64,000 nucleotides of DNA from NCBI GenBank assembly GCA_002269645.1, contig NIVC01000085.1, forward strand, positions 558,001 through 622,000, written 5' to 3'. The DNA comes from Macrostomum lignano. Taxonomy: Eukaryota. Made by a program: the position numbers and the translations under genes. Of the stretch, positions 1 to 13,244 are shown one piece after another (the first letter of the stretch is position 1; the number at the start of each line of letters is the position of its first letter). The notes beneath the pieces were generated by a model that was not told the origin of the DNA, made no database searches, and worked only from the letters and a program-made list of their open reading frames with translations.

Positions 1-2381
1 ACAGGTAGGTTGCCAGCCCAAGGAATGAGCGTAGCTCCGATATGTTCGTGGGCTCCTTGAAGGCCTTGAGCGCCTTTATTTTCTCCTCTGTTGGCTGGAC
101 GCCGCTGGCGCTGATGCGCATTCCGAGAAATTCGATGGAAGGTTGGGCGAGACGGCACTTATCGGGGTTAAGGGTGATCCCGTGGTCTCTGAGGCGCTGG
201 AGGCACGCCTTCAAACGGCTGTTGTGTTCGGCCATGTTGCGCGCAAAGATCGTGATATCGTCGTGGGCCCACCTGACACCATTTAGGCTGCTGAGGACTC
301 CCGTCATGACTCTCTGCAGCACCTCCGACGCGTTGGTGAAACCCATGCTGAGCCTGGTGAGTCGCATGAGGCCCAGCGGGGTGCTGAAGGTGAAGAGGTG
401 GCGGGACTCCGGGCTCACGGGGATCTGGTGAAAGGCTTTCGTGATGTCTAACTCGCTAAATACGGTCGAGCCCGCCATGTCGTCAGTGATTTCCTCGAAG
501 GTCGGGATCGGCTGCTTTTCCCGCACGGCAAAAGAGTTCACATTGCGAAGATCCTGGCAAATGCGAATGCCGCCAGACTCCTTTGGCACGACAACCATCC
601 GGGAGACCCACGGTGAAGGCCCATGCACGCGTTCGATGATGCCTTCATCTAGCAGGAGCTGTAGCTCGTCGATGACGGCCTGTCGCTGGTGGACGGGTAT
701 CCTGGACGGTGGATGGCACACTGGCACGGCTTCGGGGCGCAGCCGAACGTCGACTTCAACGTCCTTGACCCGGCCAAGGCCTTCAAAAACTGGCTGGAAC
801 TCGCGAAGTATGTTGCCTAACCGTAAGTCCGGTTGTAGGTCGTTGTCCAGATTTTGATCGTGTTTGGCGAGTAGCTTCTTCAATGTCGAGGATTCGGCGC
901 TGTCACGAGGTTTCACAGCGTTGATCTGTCGGGCCGGCTGTTGGATGTGTAGGATTCCCATGTCGAATGCGGTGTTGCGCCCAAGCAGAGTGATGCCACT
1001 GCCCTTGGTGATGAAGAACGGGGCTTGTAGCTCATCTGAGTCGGTGCGGAGAGCTAGATTGGCAAGGCCAAGCACTTGCAGCGGTGTTGATGAGCCATAG
1101 CTGAAGATCTGCTGGGTGGCGCCACGCAGGGGAACGTGCTGCAGGTGTTGGAAGTTCTGCTCGCTCATGACATTGCAGCTCGCGCCGCTGTCGACCAGCA
1201 CGTTGAATTCTTTCCCTTCGATCTGCAGGCGCATGTTGGCCGATCTTTGCCCTGACGACGCAGCCGGCGTCTGTATCGTGAATGCTTCTTCGGTGAGGTT
1301 GTCGGGCGAGACATAGATTGAGCTGCCGTCCGTGTTGTTTGCAACCACATTGATGCTGGAAGAGTTCTGCTGCCGGCGTTGCCTGCAGGCCTTTGCGAGG
1401 TGGTTGGGCTTGCCGCATGACGAGCAGGTCTTCCCTTTCGCGGCGCCGCAGCTGCTGTGGCCGCGCTCTCCACAGCGGTAGCAGGTGGTGTTGGAGGCGA
1501 ATGTCGGCCTCTGGCCGTTTGGCTGTGGCTGGTCTCTGCGCTGGTTTGATCTTGATGCCGACTTGTGAATGGCCGCGATGCTGCTGCTGCTGCTCTCCAT
1601 GGCTGTGGCCTGCTCTTCCGCGGTTTCTAGTGCGCGAGCCTGTCTGAGAGCATCGTTCAATGCAATGTTGCTCTCCTGGAGCAGTCGCCGTCTGAGCTTG
1701 TCGGAGCAGCAAGTTGCGACGATCTGGTCTCTAATGAGAGAATCCTTCAGGGTGGAGAACTCGCAGGCTTCAGCAGCTGCCTTTAGTCTAGCGTACCAGG
1801 CGTCCACTGGCTCTCCAGTCTGCTGCACGCAAAGTCTGAACTGGTTGCGGGCGAAGACGATTGCGTTCGTCAAAGTGTGCTGTAAGAGCGGCCTGCAAGT
1901 TGTTGAGGCTATCTTTCTTGTCGTCCGGCAGGTCCTTGACGATTTGGGCGATCTCCCTGCCTGCTGTGTAGGACAGCAGTTTGCACTTCTGAGTTTCGGC
2001 CGTAATTCCGGATGCGTCGATAAAGTCGCGGAAGCGATCGGCCCACACGGTCCACCGTTTAGAGATGTTTTGTTGATCAGTGTTTGTGCTGAATTGCTCA
2101 GGCGGTGGCAGGGAGATGAAATGCGCCATTGTGGCTAACCGTAGGGGTAAGCTCTGCTTGCGATGCCACTGTAAAGACTGCGATAGTGAAGGCGGCAGTG
2201 TGAGCGCGAAATGAAAGGCTTAAGGCCCCATATGGCCGTGGGCCCAATATATATATATTTGTTAGGCGACAGTGAACGATGCGTACATTCATGAACATGT
2301 ACATTGCTACGCTATTGATGCTATTGATTAGGACAGAGCGGGCGAGAGAGAGAGAGAGAGAGAGAGAGAGCGCTGGCAACA
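1..2381 (-). mobile_element. Ty3/Gypsy LTR retrotransposon, 5' half (LTR-PBS-gag-protease-RT), cut by the window edge
   Basis: Minus-strand gag start MAHFISLPPPEQF at 2129; CCHC knuckles TCYRCGERGHSSC...CSSCGKPNHLAKAC; protease LVDSGASCNV; RT motifs FSELDITKAFHQIP, LSMGFTNASEVLQR, WAHDDITIF and LNPDKC...IEFLG. At least one frameshift in gag. Confidence 0.93.
2170..2381 (-). repeat. 5' LTR (212 bp, TGT...ACA) of the Gypsy element
   Basis: Bounded by TGTAAAGAC and GGCAACA. On the minus strand it is followed at once by a PBS-like GTGGCATCG and then the gag ATG. The partner LTR is outside the window. Confidence 0.7.
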
Positions 2382-2423
2382 GGCACCGCCCTGCTAGGCT
2401 AATTCAACTAGGTGGCAATAACA

Positions 2424-2944
<521 letters not shown>

Positions 2945-2968
2945 CACAGTCTCTCTTCCTCACCCCAG

Positions 2969-3235
2969 GACGGTTGCAACTGTGTCCACTGCATGACAAT
3001 TGACCTGGCGAATTTCCAAGTAACCCATGGCAACAGTCTGGTGAACAAGTTCGGCCGAGTCGCCTCCCTGAGCTCGGAGAACGGGCATTTCTATTGTGCT
3101 GCCATCATGGGACTCGCAGAGCTCGGTGGTAGCGGCGACGGCATCGACTACTGCGGCCCCATCGATGGCCCCAACTGCGAGGCCTGCCAAGCGCTGGACG
3201 TTCAGTGCGGCAGTCGCTACGCCAGCCTCATGTGA
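2969..3235 (+). CDS. Terminal coding exon of an unidentified gene; Cys-rich duplicated module (GCNCxxC...FYC...YCGPxDGPNCxxC)
   Basis: Pyrimidine tract plus CAG acceptor at 2966-2968; phase-0 open frame [13 protein letters not shown]...[28 protein letters not shown]; coding-like GC3. Upstream exons are not visible. Confidence 0.7.
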   Translation, partial: DGCNCVHCMTIDLANFQVTHGNSLVNKFGRVASLSSENGHFYCAAIMGLAELGGSGDGIDYCGPIDGPNCEACQALDVQCGSRYASLM

Positions 3236-3469
3236 CGCCTCTGAAGAATTTTTGCCTCTGGTGCAAGTCTTGGAATTTAATTTCTGCTTCCGAAATTTTA
3301 TGACTTTGTCTTCTGCTTTTCTCACGTTGAATAACGCTTGAGCTTTGACTGGGCGGCTCAGAGCTAAAAATACATGGAAATATTTTCAATCATGTGGCAA
3401 ACTGGCCAAGTTCGACTTTGAAATGCGCATCTACTTTGTAGCTCTTTTCTCTCCACTGTCTCCCTCTCC

Positions 3470-3766
3470 TCCCCTAGTGTCTCCTCTCCTCCCCCAGCTC
3501 CCAGTGTCTCTTCTCCTCCCCCAGTGCATGTCTCTTCTCCTCCCCCAGTGCATGTCTCTTCTCCTCCCCCAGTGCATGTCTCTTCTCCTCCCCCAGTGCA
3601 TGTCTCTTCTCCTCCCCCAGTGCATGTCTCTTCTCCTCCCCCAGTGCATGTCTCTTCTCCTCCCCCAGTGCATGTCTCTTCTCCTCCCCCAGTGCATGTC
3701 TCTTCTCCTCCCCCAGTGCATGTCTCTTCTCCTCCCCCAGTGCATGTCTCTTCTCCTCCCCCAGTG
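3470..3766. repeat. 24-bp minisatellite (GTGCATGTCTCTTCTCCTCCCCCA)
   Basis: About 11 near-identical units read directly. Confidence 0.95.
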
Positions 3767-3855
3767 TCGGTATGAGTAGGCCGGCAATTTGACTGCCACA
3801 GATCAAGTGCATGCAAAAAAAAGCAGTCAAAAGTCTAGTCTGGCCTCACACCTTC

Positions 3856-4460
3856 TCCTGCACAGCCTCACACTGCTCCCTGCACAGCCTCACACTGCTC
3901 CCTGCACAGCCTCACACTGCTCCCTGCACAGCCTCACACTGCTCCCTGCACAGCCTCACACTGCTCCCTGCACAGCGTCACACTGCTCCCTGCACAGCCT
4001 CACACTGCTCCCTGCACAGCCTCACACTGCTCCCTGCACAGCCTCACACTGCTCCCTGCACAGCCTCATACTGCTCCCTGCACAGCCTCACACTGCTCCC
4101 TGCACAGCCTCACACTGCTCCCTGCACAGCCTCACACTGCTCCCTTCACAGCCTCACACTGCTCCCTGCACAGCCTCACACTGGTCCCTGCACAGCCTCA
4201 CAATGCTCCCTGCACAGCCTCACACCGCTCCCTGCACAGCCTCACACTGCTCCCTGCACAGCGTCACACTGCTCCCTGCACAGCCTCACACTGCTCCCTG
4301 CACAGCCTCACACTGCTCCCTGCACAGCCTCACACTGCTCCCTGCACAGCCTCATACTGCTCCCTGCACAGCGTCACACTGCTCCCTGCACAGCCTCACA
4401 CTGCTCCCTGCACAGTCTCACACTGCTCCCTTCACAGCCTCACACTGCTCCCTGCACAGC
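3856..4460. repeat. 22-bp minisatellite (CCTGCACAGCCTCACACTGCTC)
   Basis: About 27 units; the 22-aa period in the ORF track equals 3 x 22 nt. Confidence 0.95.
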
Positions 4461-4689
4461 CTTACAAAGAAATGCCACAGGCAAAAACTCGCACCATCTG
4501 CCATTGCAACTCGAAGTCAGCACAGGTTCATCCTGGACCCGCAGAGCCGCTCCAACCGAATGCAGCAAAACTTGGGCTGCTCAATCCAAAGTGCAGCGCA
4601 GTGCCCTCACTCACAGCTCCTCAGCAGATGCCCAGCACCGCTGCTTCACTCTGCGACTCTGCGGTTTATTTGAGGGTTGGTGTGTGCAC

Positions 4690-6180
4690 CTGCATGCACC
4701 CCAATATGCACCCCAATATGCACCCCAATATACCTGCACATACCCAAATACACCTGCACATACTCCTATACACCTGCATGTACCCCAATACACCTGCACA
4801 TACCCCAATACACCTGCACATACCCCAATACACATGCACATACCCCAATACACCTGCACATACCCCAATACACCTGCACATACCCCAATACACATGCACA
4901 TACCCCAATACACATGCACATACCCCAATACACCTGCATGCACCCCAATACACCTGCACATACCCCAATACACCTGCACATACCCCAATACACCTGCACA
5001 TACCCGAATACACCTCAATGCACCCAATACACCTGCACATACCCCAATAAACCTGCATGCACCCAATACACCTGCACATACCCCAATACACCTGCACATA
5101 CCCCAATACACCTGCACATACCCCAATACACATGCACATACCCCAATACACATGCACATACCCCAATACACATGCACATACCCCAATACACCTGCATGCA
5201 CCCCAATACACCTGCACATACCCCAATACACCTGCACATACCCCAATACACCTGCACATACCCGAATACACCTCAATGCACCCAATACACCTGCACATAC
5301 CCCAATAAACCTGCATGCACCCAATACACCTGCACATACCCCAATACACCTGCACATACCCCAATACACCTGCACATACCCCAATACACCTGCACATACC
5401 CCAATACACATGCACATACCCCAATACACCTGCACATACCCCAATACACCTGCACATACCCCAATACACATGCACATACCCCAATACACATGCACATACC
5501 CCAATACACCTGCATGCACCCCAATACACCTGCACATACCCCAATACACCTGCACATACCCCAATACACCTGCACATACCCGAATACACCTCAATGCACC
5601 CAATACACCTGCAAATACCCCAATACACCTGCACATACCCCAATACACCTGCACATACCCCAATACACATGCACATACCCCAATACACATGCACATACCC
5701 CAATACACATGCACATACCCCAATACACCTGCACATACCCCAATACACCTGCACATACCCCAGTACACCTGCACATACCCGAATACACCTCAATGCACCC
5801 AATACACTTGCACATACCCCAATAAACCTGCATGCACCCAATACACCTGCACATACCCCAATACACCTGCACATACCCCAATACACCTCAATGCACCCAA
5901 TACACCTGCACATACCCCAATACACCTGCATGCACCCAATACACATGCACATACCCCAATACACCTGCACATACCCCAATACACCTGCATGCACCCAATA
6001 CACCTGCACATACCCCAATACACCTGCACATACCCCAATACACCTGCACATACCCACTAAACTCGCACATAACTGAATACACCTTCATGCACCCCAATAC
6101 GGCCTGCACATACCCGAATACACCTGCACATACCCAAATACGCCTGCATGTACCCCAATACAGCTGCACATACCCCAGAA
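4690..6180. repeat. 20-bp minisatellite (CACCTGCACATACCCCAATA) with higher-order variants
   Basis: About 75 units; a variant block TACCCGAATACACCTCAATG recurs at 5001, 5259, 5577 and 5776. Confidence 0.95.
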
Positions 6181-6508
6181 CCACAGCAGCCCCAATGACA
6201 ATCTGCCTCTCTCACTACATCCGCACAAAGCCGCAGGCGTTCCAACTACAGCCGAAGCCTCAAAACGTTTTGCCAACCCCAGCTGATAAAAATCTCAGTG
6301 GCTGAAGCAGGCAGGCTGTGGGCAGCCCGCATCTGTGGTTTCAGGTCTCTTTGGATAAGACAGCAGCCTAGCTGATGTCAAAGTGGAATGTCGCTGTGCG
6401 AACAGCTGCCGAGTGAGGCACAGATAAGCATTGCTGGGGCAGGCGGTGAGCAAACAGGTTGAACATTTCAGCAAAATCTGAATTTTAGACTGCCTGACCG
6501 TGCAGACA

Positions 6509-6782
6509 GCACCGGTGACTGACAGCTGCTGCTCTGACAGCAGACAGGAGAAGCACCGGTGACTGACAGCTGCTGCTCTGACAGCAGACAGGAGAAGCAC
6601 CGGTGACTGATAGCTGCTACTCTGACAGCAGACAGGAGAAGCACCGGTGACTGATAGCTGCTACTCTGACAGCAGACAGGAGAAGCACCGGTGACTGATA
6701 GCTGCTACTCTGACAGCAGACAGGAGAAGCACCGGTGACTGACAGCTGCTGCTCTGACAGCAGACAGGAGAAGCACCGGTGA
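6509..6782. repeat. 44-bp minisatellite (GCACCGGTGACTGACAGCTGCTGCTCTGACAGCAGACAGGAGAA), about 6 copies
   Basis: Unit starts at 6509, 6553, 6597 and onward. Confidence 0.95.
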
Positions 6783-7328
6783 ATTCAGCTGCATTTCTGC
6801 TCCCTCCTCTCCTTCTCCCTCCCGCCCTCCCTCTCCCTTCCCCTCTTTCGCACAGGCAATAACATGAAGCGTACAGGACTACATGGCAACGTGAGCAAAA
6901 TTGGGAGCAAAGGGAAGGTAATTCTGTTCAATTCTCAACGTCCTTACTACTAACAAAGCTAGTGGGTGTGCTCCATTAAAAGTAAACCCTTTCAAGCCCG
7001 AATATGACAAAATTAATTTCAAATTTGGCATTTTTCTGTGGCTTGGGTGTGAGCTTTAGAGTAATAAAAATAGCTGTTTAAGGTGATAGCATCAAAACAT
7101 CAAAACAAAAAGTGGTAAAAGTAAGCGAAATGTGGCAACGATTGAATATCTGTCTGACCCAAAGTCGGGAAAAGCATGCCGCACACAAGAATCTTAGAGA
7201 CTGAGCGACGAAGGCTCAAGCATCTACAGAATATAGCGGTACCCCATTTCGCTTACTTTTACCAATTTTGGTTCAAACTAGACTATTTTTCTTAAAATTT
7301 TCTACGCCGCCTGTAGTTGCTGCTCTCG

Positions 7329-7935
7329 ACTAGGACAGAATTACCTTCACTTTGCTACCAACTAGGATAGAATTACCTTCACTTTGCTCCCAACTAGAAC
7401 GGAATTACCTTCACTTTGCTCCCAACTAGAACGGAATTACCTTCACTTTGCTACCAACTAGGATAGAATTACCTTCACTTTGCTACCAACTAGGATAGAA
7501 TTACCTTCACTTTGCTCCCAACTAGGACAGAATTACCTTCACTTTGCTCCCAACTAGGACAGAATTACCTTCACTTTGCTCCCAACTAGAACGGAATTAC
7601 CTTCACTTTGCTCCCAACTAGGACAGAATTACCTTCACTTTGCTCCCAACTAGAACGGAATTACCTTCACTTTGCTCCCAACTAGGACAGAATTACCTTC
7701 ACTTTGCTCCCAACTAGAACGGAATTACCTTCACTTTGCTCCCAACTAGGATAGAATTACCTTCACTTTGCTCCCAACTAGGACAGAATTACCTTCACTT
7801 TGCTCCCAACTAGAACGGAATTACCTTCACTTTGCTCCCAACTAGGATAGAATTACCTTCACTTTGCTCCCAACTAGGATAGAATTACCTTCACTTTGCT
7901 CCCAACTAGAACAGAATTACCTTCACTTAGCTCCC
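7329..7935. repeat. 32-bp minisatellite (ACTAGGACAGAATTACCTTCACTTTGCTCCCA), about 19 copies
   Basis: Head-to-tail units with no spacers. Confidence 0.95.
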
Positions 7936-8384
7936 AGTCTCAACTACAGAACTGTACAGGACAAAGATTACCTTCACCTATACCTGCAAATTCACTCGTA
8001 TTTTCGATGAGAATCATGAGACATTAACTCAGAATTTTCACTCAGACACCCAGACAAGGTTTTGGAACCGCTACAATCTCTTCATCTAACAGACTCACCC
8101 CCTCTTTCTCCCTCCATCCCTTCCTTCTCCCTCCCCTCTTCTCCTTCCATGCCCCTCTTTTCCCCTCCCCTCTTTCTCACTCCCACTCCTTCCTCTCTAT
8201 TTCCCTCCCTCCCTTGCTTCTCACTCTGCCTCTTCCTCCCATCCTCTCTTTTTCCTTCTCTCCCCTCTTTCTCCCAGCCTCGCCTCTCTTTCTCACTCCG
8301 TCCCCCTCTTTCTCCCTTCCTCTCTTTCTCCTTAATTCTTATCCCACTTTTACCATTTCTCATCCTACACCGCTTTCCAGAAAA

Positions 8385-11300
8385 ATGAGCCAAAATAAAA
8401 GTCGGCATCAGCCCGTCACTACCGGCAACATCACTCAAACTGCTCAACGCGCTGCAAACCATGGGTACTTCAGCGACTTCCTTCAGGCCACTTGCACTGC
8501 TGCACTCAATGGTCACTTTGAAATCGTCAAGTTTCTCGTCCCACAAGTCAATGACCAATCAAACAGGGACACCTGCTGCATCAAAGCTGTCGAAAATGCT
8601 GCATACAAGGATCACTTTGAAATCGTCAAGTTTTTCCTGTCACAAATCAATGACCAATCAAACAGAGACACCTGCTGCATCAAAGCTGCCAAACACGCTG
8701 CAATTCATGGTCACTTTGAAATCGTCAAGTTTCTTGTCCCACAAGTCAATGACCAATCAAACAGGGACACCTGCTGCATCAAAACTGCCGAATATGCTTC
8801 AATTCGTGGTCACTTTGAAATTGTCAAGTTTTTCCTGTCACAAATCAATGACCAATCAAACAGAGACACCTGCTGCATCAAAGCTGCCGAAAATGCTGCA
8901 GACAATGGTCACTTTGAAATCGTCAAGTTTCTCGTCTCAATCAAACAAGGACACCTGCTGCATCAAAGCTGCCGAAAATGCTGCAGACAATGGTCACTTT
9001 GAAATCGTCAAGTTTCTCGTCTCACAAATCAATGACCAATCAAACAGAGACACCTGCTGCATCAAAGCTGCCGAAAATGCTGCAAACAATGGTCACTTTG
9101 AAATCGTCAAGTTCCTCATCCCGTGTCTCTCAAGTCCCGATCTAGAAGCGAATCTCCGTTTCCAATGCGCAGTCGCGGCTTGCTCTTGTCTTCGCGAAGA
9201 TATAGTCGCCTTCCTCGGCCTCGAGCCCCAATGGCTTTTCCAATCCAACACTATCCTCAGCTTCACTGCTGCTATGGCCATCGAAGGCAGGAACTCCGTT
9301 TTCAACAAAACTCTCTCTCAAATACAGCCAGCTCAAATCACACACCTGCTCCGTCTCTCTATCTCTCAAAGACACGTAGCTCTTGCCGCCACACTGCTCA
9401 ATCATGAGCGATTCACCACACAGCATGTCGATCTCCCAGACGACAACACCAGAGCCACCGCTCTCATGCTCGCAGCTGATGCAGGTCATCACGAACTCAT
9501 TCACAAACTCATCGATCTTGGCGCCTCACTGCACGCTCAAGACACTCGCGGTCGCACTGCTCTCTCACGAGCCTGCCAAGCCGGTCACGTGCGAGCAGCG
9601 AAGATTCTCATCGACAATGAAGCCGATGCCAGCCATCGAGACAGTCAGGGCCTCACGTGTGCGCAGCTCGCACAGCGATTTGAGCAGCGGCAGGTGCTGC
9701 GGCTGCTGAATCCCGCCGAGTCAGTTGCCATTACTTGCCATTATTACCTCGTTACATTCTTACCCATACTTACCTCGCTTTCCTTCACGCATTCCAGAAA
9801 CACACAGCACCCACAGCCAGGCGCTCATCGCCTCCATTCGTGAGTCTGACCACTTTCACTGCCCCTTTTTCTTCCTTGGGGTTGCGCTTGGCCTACTCTG
9901 CAAATACCTCTCACCTCTCCACCCAGACTCTCAGACCACTCCGAGCAAGACCGCCGTCTCAGCGGGGAGCTGCATCGGCTGCTCAGCGATGCGGGATTCA
10001 CCGAGCAGAGAGCAGAGTGTCAGCAGAGACTGGCTGACTGGCTGAAAGGAGTCGCTCGAGTCCTCACACAGGATGGCAGGCGGATGACGGGCAGCTACGC
10101 AGAGGGCTGGGCCAACAGTCTGGTGCAAGTGAACGGCAGGACAGCTGCAGACTCGGACATTGACTGGACTGTGCTGGTTGCTGGACAAAAGTTCCATCTG
10201 GAAGGTGGCTGCGAAAAATATAAGGACTCCTGCAGAGACGCCACTCGGCTGAAGGTCATGGAGGGCCACGCACAGGTGGCAGTGGGAGCAGGTCAGTGAC
10301 GCTGGGCTCACCATCCAAGTCCAAAACTCTGTTCAATTTTTATTCGATACGGAGTGCTTGAACTTTAGAGTTTACAAGTTCAACCGGAGTTTGAGTCCGT
10401 TCTGAAATGCTATCCAGCACTCATTTCGCATTAAATACAAATTATTGCAATTGCACTGCCTCAGCATTTCTGAGGTTATAAAATAAATATTAAGCAATAC
10501 CATGCACATTCAATATAAGAACTCTTAAAATACGCAAGTTTAAATCCTGATCTAAAAGAAAGAAAAATCCATTATACTAAGAATGGTTTTTTACATGAAC
10601 TCCATGAAGCATTAAGCATTTCAACGAATACATTGCTTTATTCATTGATTACAGTAGTAGCACTGACACAAACAGAACGAAATCAACCAACACATTCAAG
10701 CAGTTTCAAAACAACCAACGTTTTTCACTCGCCACAATGCGACTCTCCACTCACTGCGCTCTGCAGGCAGCCAACCTGCAGTGGCAGCCACGGCATGCGG
10801 TGTGAGGCCTGCACAGGACACGTGCCAAGCGATTCATTGCTGCAGCAGTTTCTGTGAGGACAGAATTAAAAAACTTTTTCAATTACCTGGTTTTGTTCAC
10901 CTCGTTCAAGCGACCAGACCGAGCTCGACCAACGAGCTCAGAGTGAGCTTTAGCTTCCAAGAGAAAGACATCATGAGACGGCTGAGCACAGTCCAGGGCC
11001 AGCTGTTCACACTCATCAAGTTAATCTTCAAGAGACACTTGCCGCTCACTCTGGACACACCTGGACTCAAGACCTACCATGCAAAGACTCTGCTCTTCAC
11101 AATGCTGGAGAAGCATGGCACAGATCCTTCGATTGAAACTTGGCAGCCCCACAATCTGATCGCTCTGCTCAACGAGTCTCTCGACATGATGCTGAGCTTC
11201 ATCGACTCGAGCAGCTCGCCCGATGAGTGCATGCCGCACTTCTTCATGCCCGACGCTCCGCTCTACTTCAAGAACGCTGGAATCGGTGGCGACTTCGACA

Positions 11301-12244
11301 ACACGAAGGCGAGGGTTCGAGACCGACTTTGTGAGCTGAGAAGCGACATCGGCGGAGTGGTCGAGCAGCTGAGGAGACTCGTGAGACCTCTGCAGTCAGA
11401 GAAGTTCTACTTTCACCCGTTCACTCTGCTGCCTCTGAAAGTGCCGCCTGCTGTCACGGAGATCAGGAAAGGAAGTGATTGCTATCCAGAAATGCACTAC
11501 AAGTTCGCAGACGTGTACAGTCTGTTGCACCAGTGTGTGGGCGAGCTGCAGTCTGAATCGAGCGACAGAGACACCCTGATGAGGCAGCTCAGTCTCCTGA
11601 ATCATCATCGGCTGCAGTGGTGCAAGTGCGCCGCCCTGTGCATGACCGCCATGGCGCATTTGAAGTTCGGAGAATCTAAGGAGGCTGAGAGACTCGCGAT
11701 GGAGCTGCAGAGACATCAGGTTGAGTCAGGGTTGAAGCCACATGATATTCGAGAAGAGTGGTACATTCAAAAGCTGCCAGAAAACTCAGACTGGGCGTGG
11801 AGGTTCTGCCTCCCCTGCGACTCTCCGCCTCGCTTCCCATTCCTTCCCGAGTTCACGCAGACTCTGTTCACAGCCAGACTGTCGCAGCCTCTCTCCTCCC
11901 ACCTGTACGTGAACTTCCGCTGCCTGAGCTGGAGTCTCCAAGCTGAGCTGCTCCGCAATCGCCCAGCTGCAATCAAACTAGAGGATTGGAAGCGAGAGCT
12001 TGAAGAAGACCCGGACTTGGAGGAGCTGCTCACTCTGGCTCACTACAGCGACTGCCGCGAGCACGTGGAGCTCAGCCTGCAGCAGATGGAGATGATCGAG
12101 AAAGAGAGACGCGTCGCCATGGAGACGCAGGACGAGGAGAAGATCGGCTGGGTCAGGGAAAAGCTGGAGATACTTGATGCAGCCGGAGTCCTCAAAGCCG
12201 CGTCGCAAAGTCGAGGTCGGAAAAGGAAGGCTGAGTCAGACTGA
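8385..12244 (+). pseudogene. Ankyrin-repeat + Mab-21/cGAS-like receptor (cGLR-like), copy 1; exons 8385-9719, 9798-9839, 9927-10291, 10767-12244; frameshifted near 8939
   Basis: GT-AG junctions join all exons in frame. Seven 33-aa ANK-like repeats plus 3 canonical ANK repeats. NTase motif GSYAEG...DSDID (10090-10164), third Asp in QDTCQAIHC, and Mab-21 C-lobe motifs LRVSFSFQE, LKTYHAKT, MPHFF. A 14-nt deletion (CAAATCAATGACCA) relative to the other repeats gives a premature stop at 9002. Confidence 0.85.
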
Positions 12245-13244
12245 CTGCCTGATGCAGTGTTCGATGCTGATACAAATTTCATGTACTTTAGACTTTTAAA
12301 TCAAACTGTTTATTCTGGCGCATGCTGACTTGATGGGATTCTGCTGGTTCTGCATGAAAACACCTCCACATGCTGTTGGATTGTCTCTATCTACTTCTCA
12401 GTCTCTCCCGCATCTCAGATGCATCTCTATCTACTTCTCAGTCCCTCCCGCATCTCAGCTGCATCTCTATCTACTTCTCAGCCTCCCCCGCATCTCTTTA
12501 CATTGGCCTTCTTTTCAAATATAATTGTGCCTGAAGGCGTCAAAGCACTTTTGTGCTGCGAGCGCACCGTAAGGATTCCAAGGACAACTTAGTAATCCTT
12601 GAAGGATTCTTCTGTGCTTGCGGGATTGAGTTTATGTTCAATGGAGAGGGCATATTTATGCAGAAAGTGTTTGCAAAGCTGTGAGGAACTCAAAGAAAGC
12701 TGAATGCGAAATAAAATCCCAACAAATCATCAAAATATCAGAACTGCATGAGACATGCCTTGTGACACAGTGCTGGCCTCACTGCGAAAGTCAATTTGCG
12801 TTAGAGATTTTCCATGCACCGTGTCTCACCATCACTGACACCTTGACGCAGTGCAGGGGCAGCAGCAAAAGGGCGCCATGGCTGCGGTGTAGAGGCTGCA
12901 TTTGAGCGCCGGTCCTCAGCGGCTGTGCTGTTGAGAAGGAAAGCTCAAAATTTCAGTGGGGCCGCAGCAGCCCCTCAGCTCAGCCGCTGGATTCGCCCTG
13001 CTGCAAAATGCCCGAGTGGCGCACTGCTCAAACTCAAACTGCAGCAGGAGCGGAAAATTGTGGAGACAAGCGGAGAGCAAATTCTCGGTGTGATGCAGGT
13101 GGGCGAGCGGTCAGCCCTGGCAACACGGGAGGCGTGGAAGCAGCCAGAACATAAAAGTGTTTTGGATCACCATTTTTAAAGGAGAATACATGTATTATAG
13201 CATTGCAAAAGTACTTTATTTAGAACTTCCCGTAGCATGTACAC

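Noticed and set aside
42-2138. Plus-strand ORFs
   Set aside because: Antisense shadows of the minus-strand Gypsy gag-pol.
6856-6917. Small exon as the coding first exon of receptor copy 1
   Set aside because: Splicing it to 8381 puts its ATG out of frame with the ankyrin ORF, and it has no counterpart upstream of copy 2.
7329-7935. 32-bp repeat array as a CRISPR array (also 14887-15793 and 6509-6782)
   Set aside because: The units are head-to-tail with no unique spacers, there are no cas genes, and the context is eukaryotic.
9720-9843. C-terminal tails of ORFs 8461-9843 and 16481-18403 (SVAITCHYYLV...)
   Set aside because: Read-through into intron 1. The GTCAGT donors at 9720 and 18280 and the matching acceptors keep the frame into the NTase exons.
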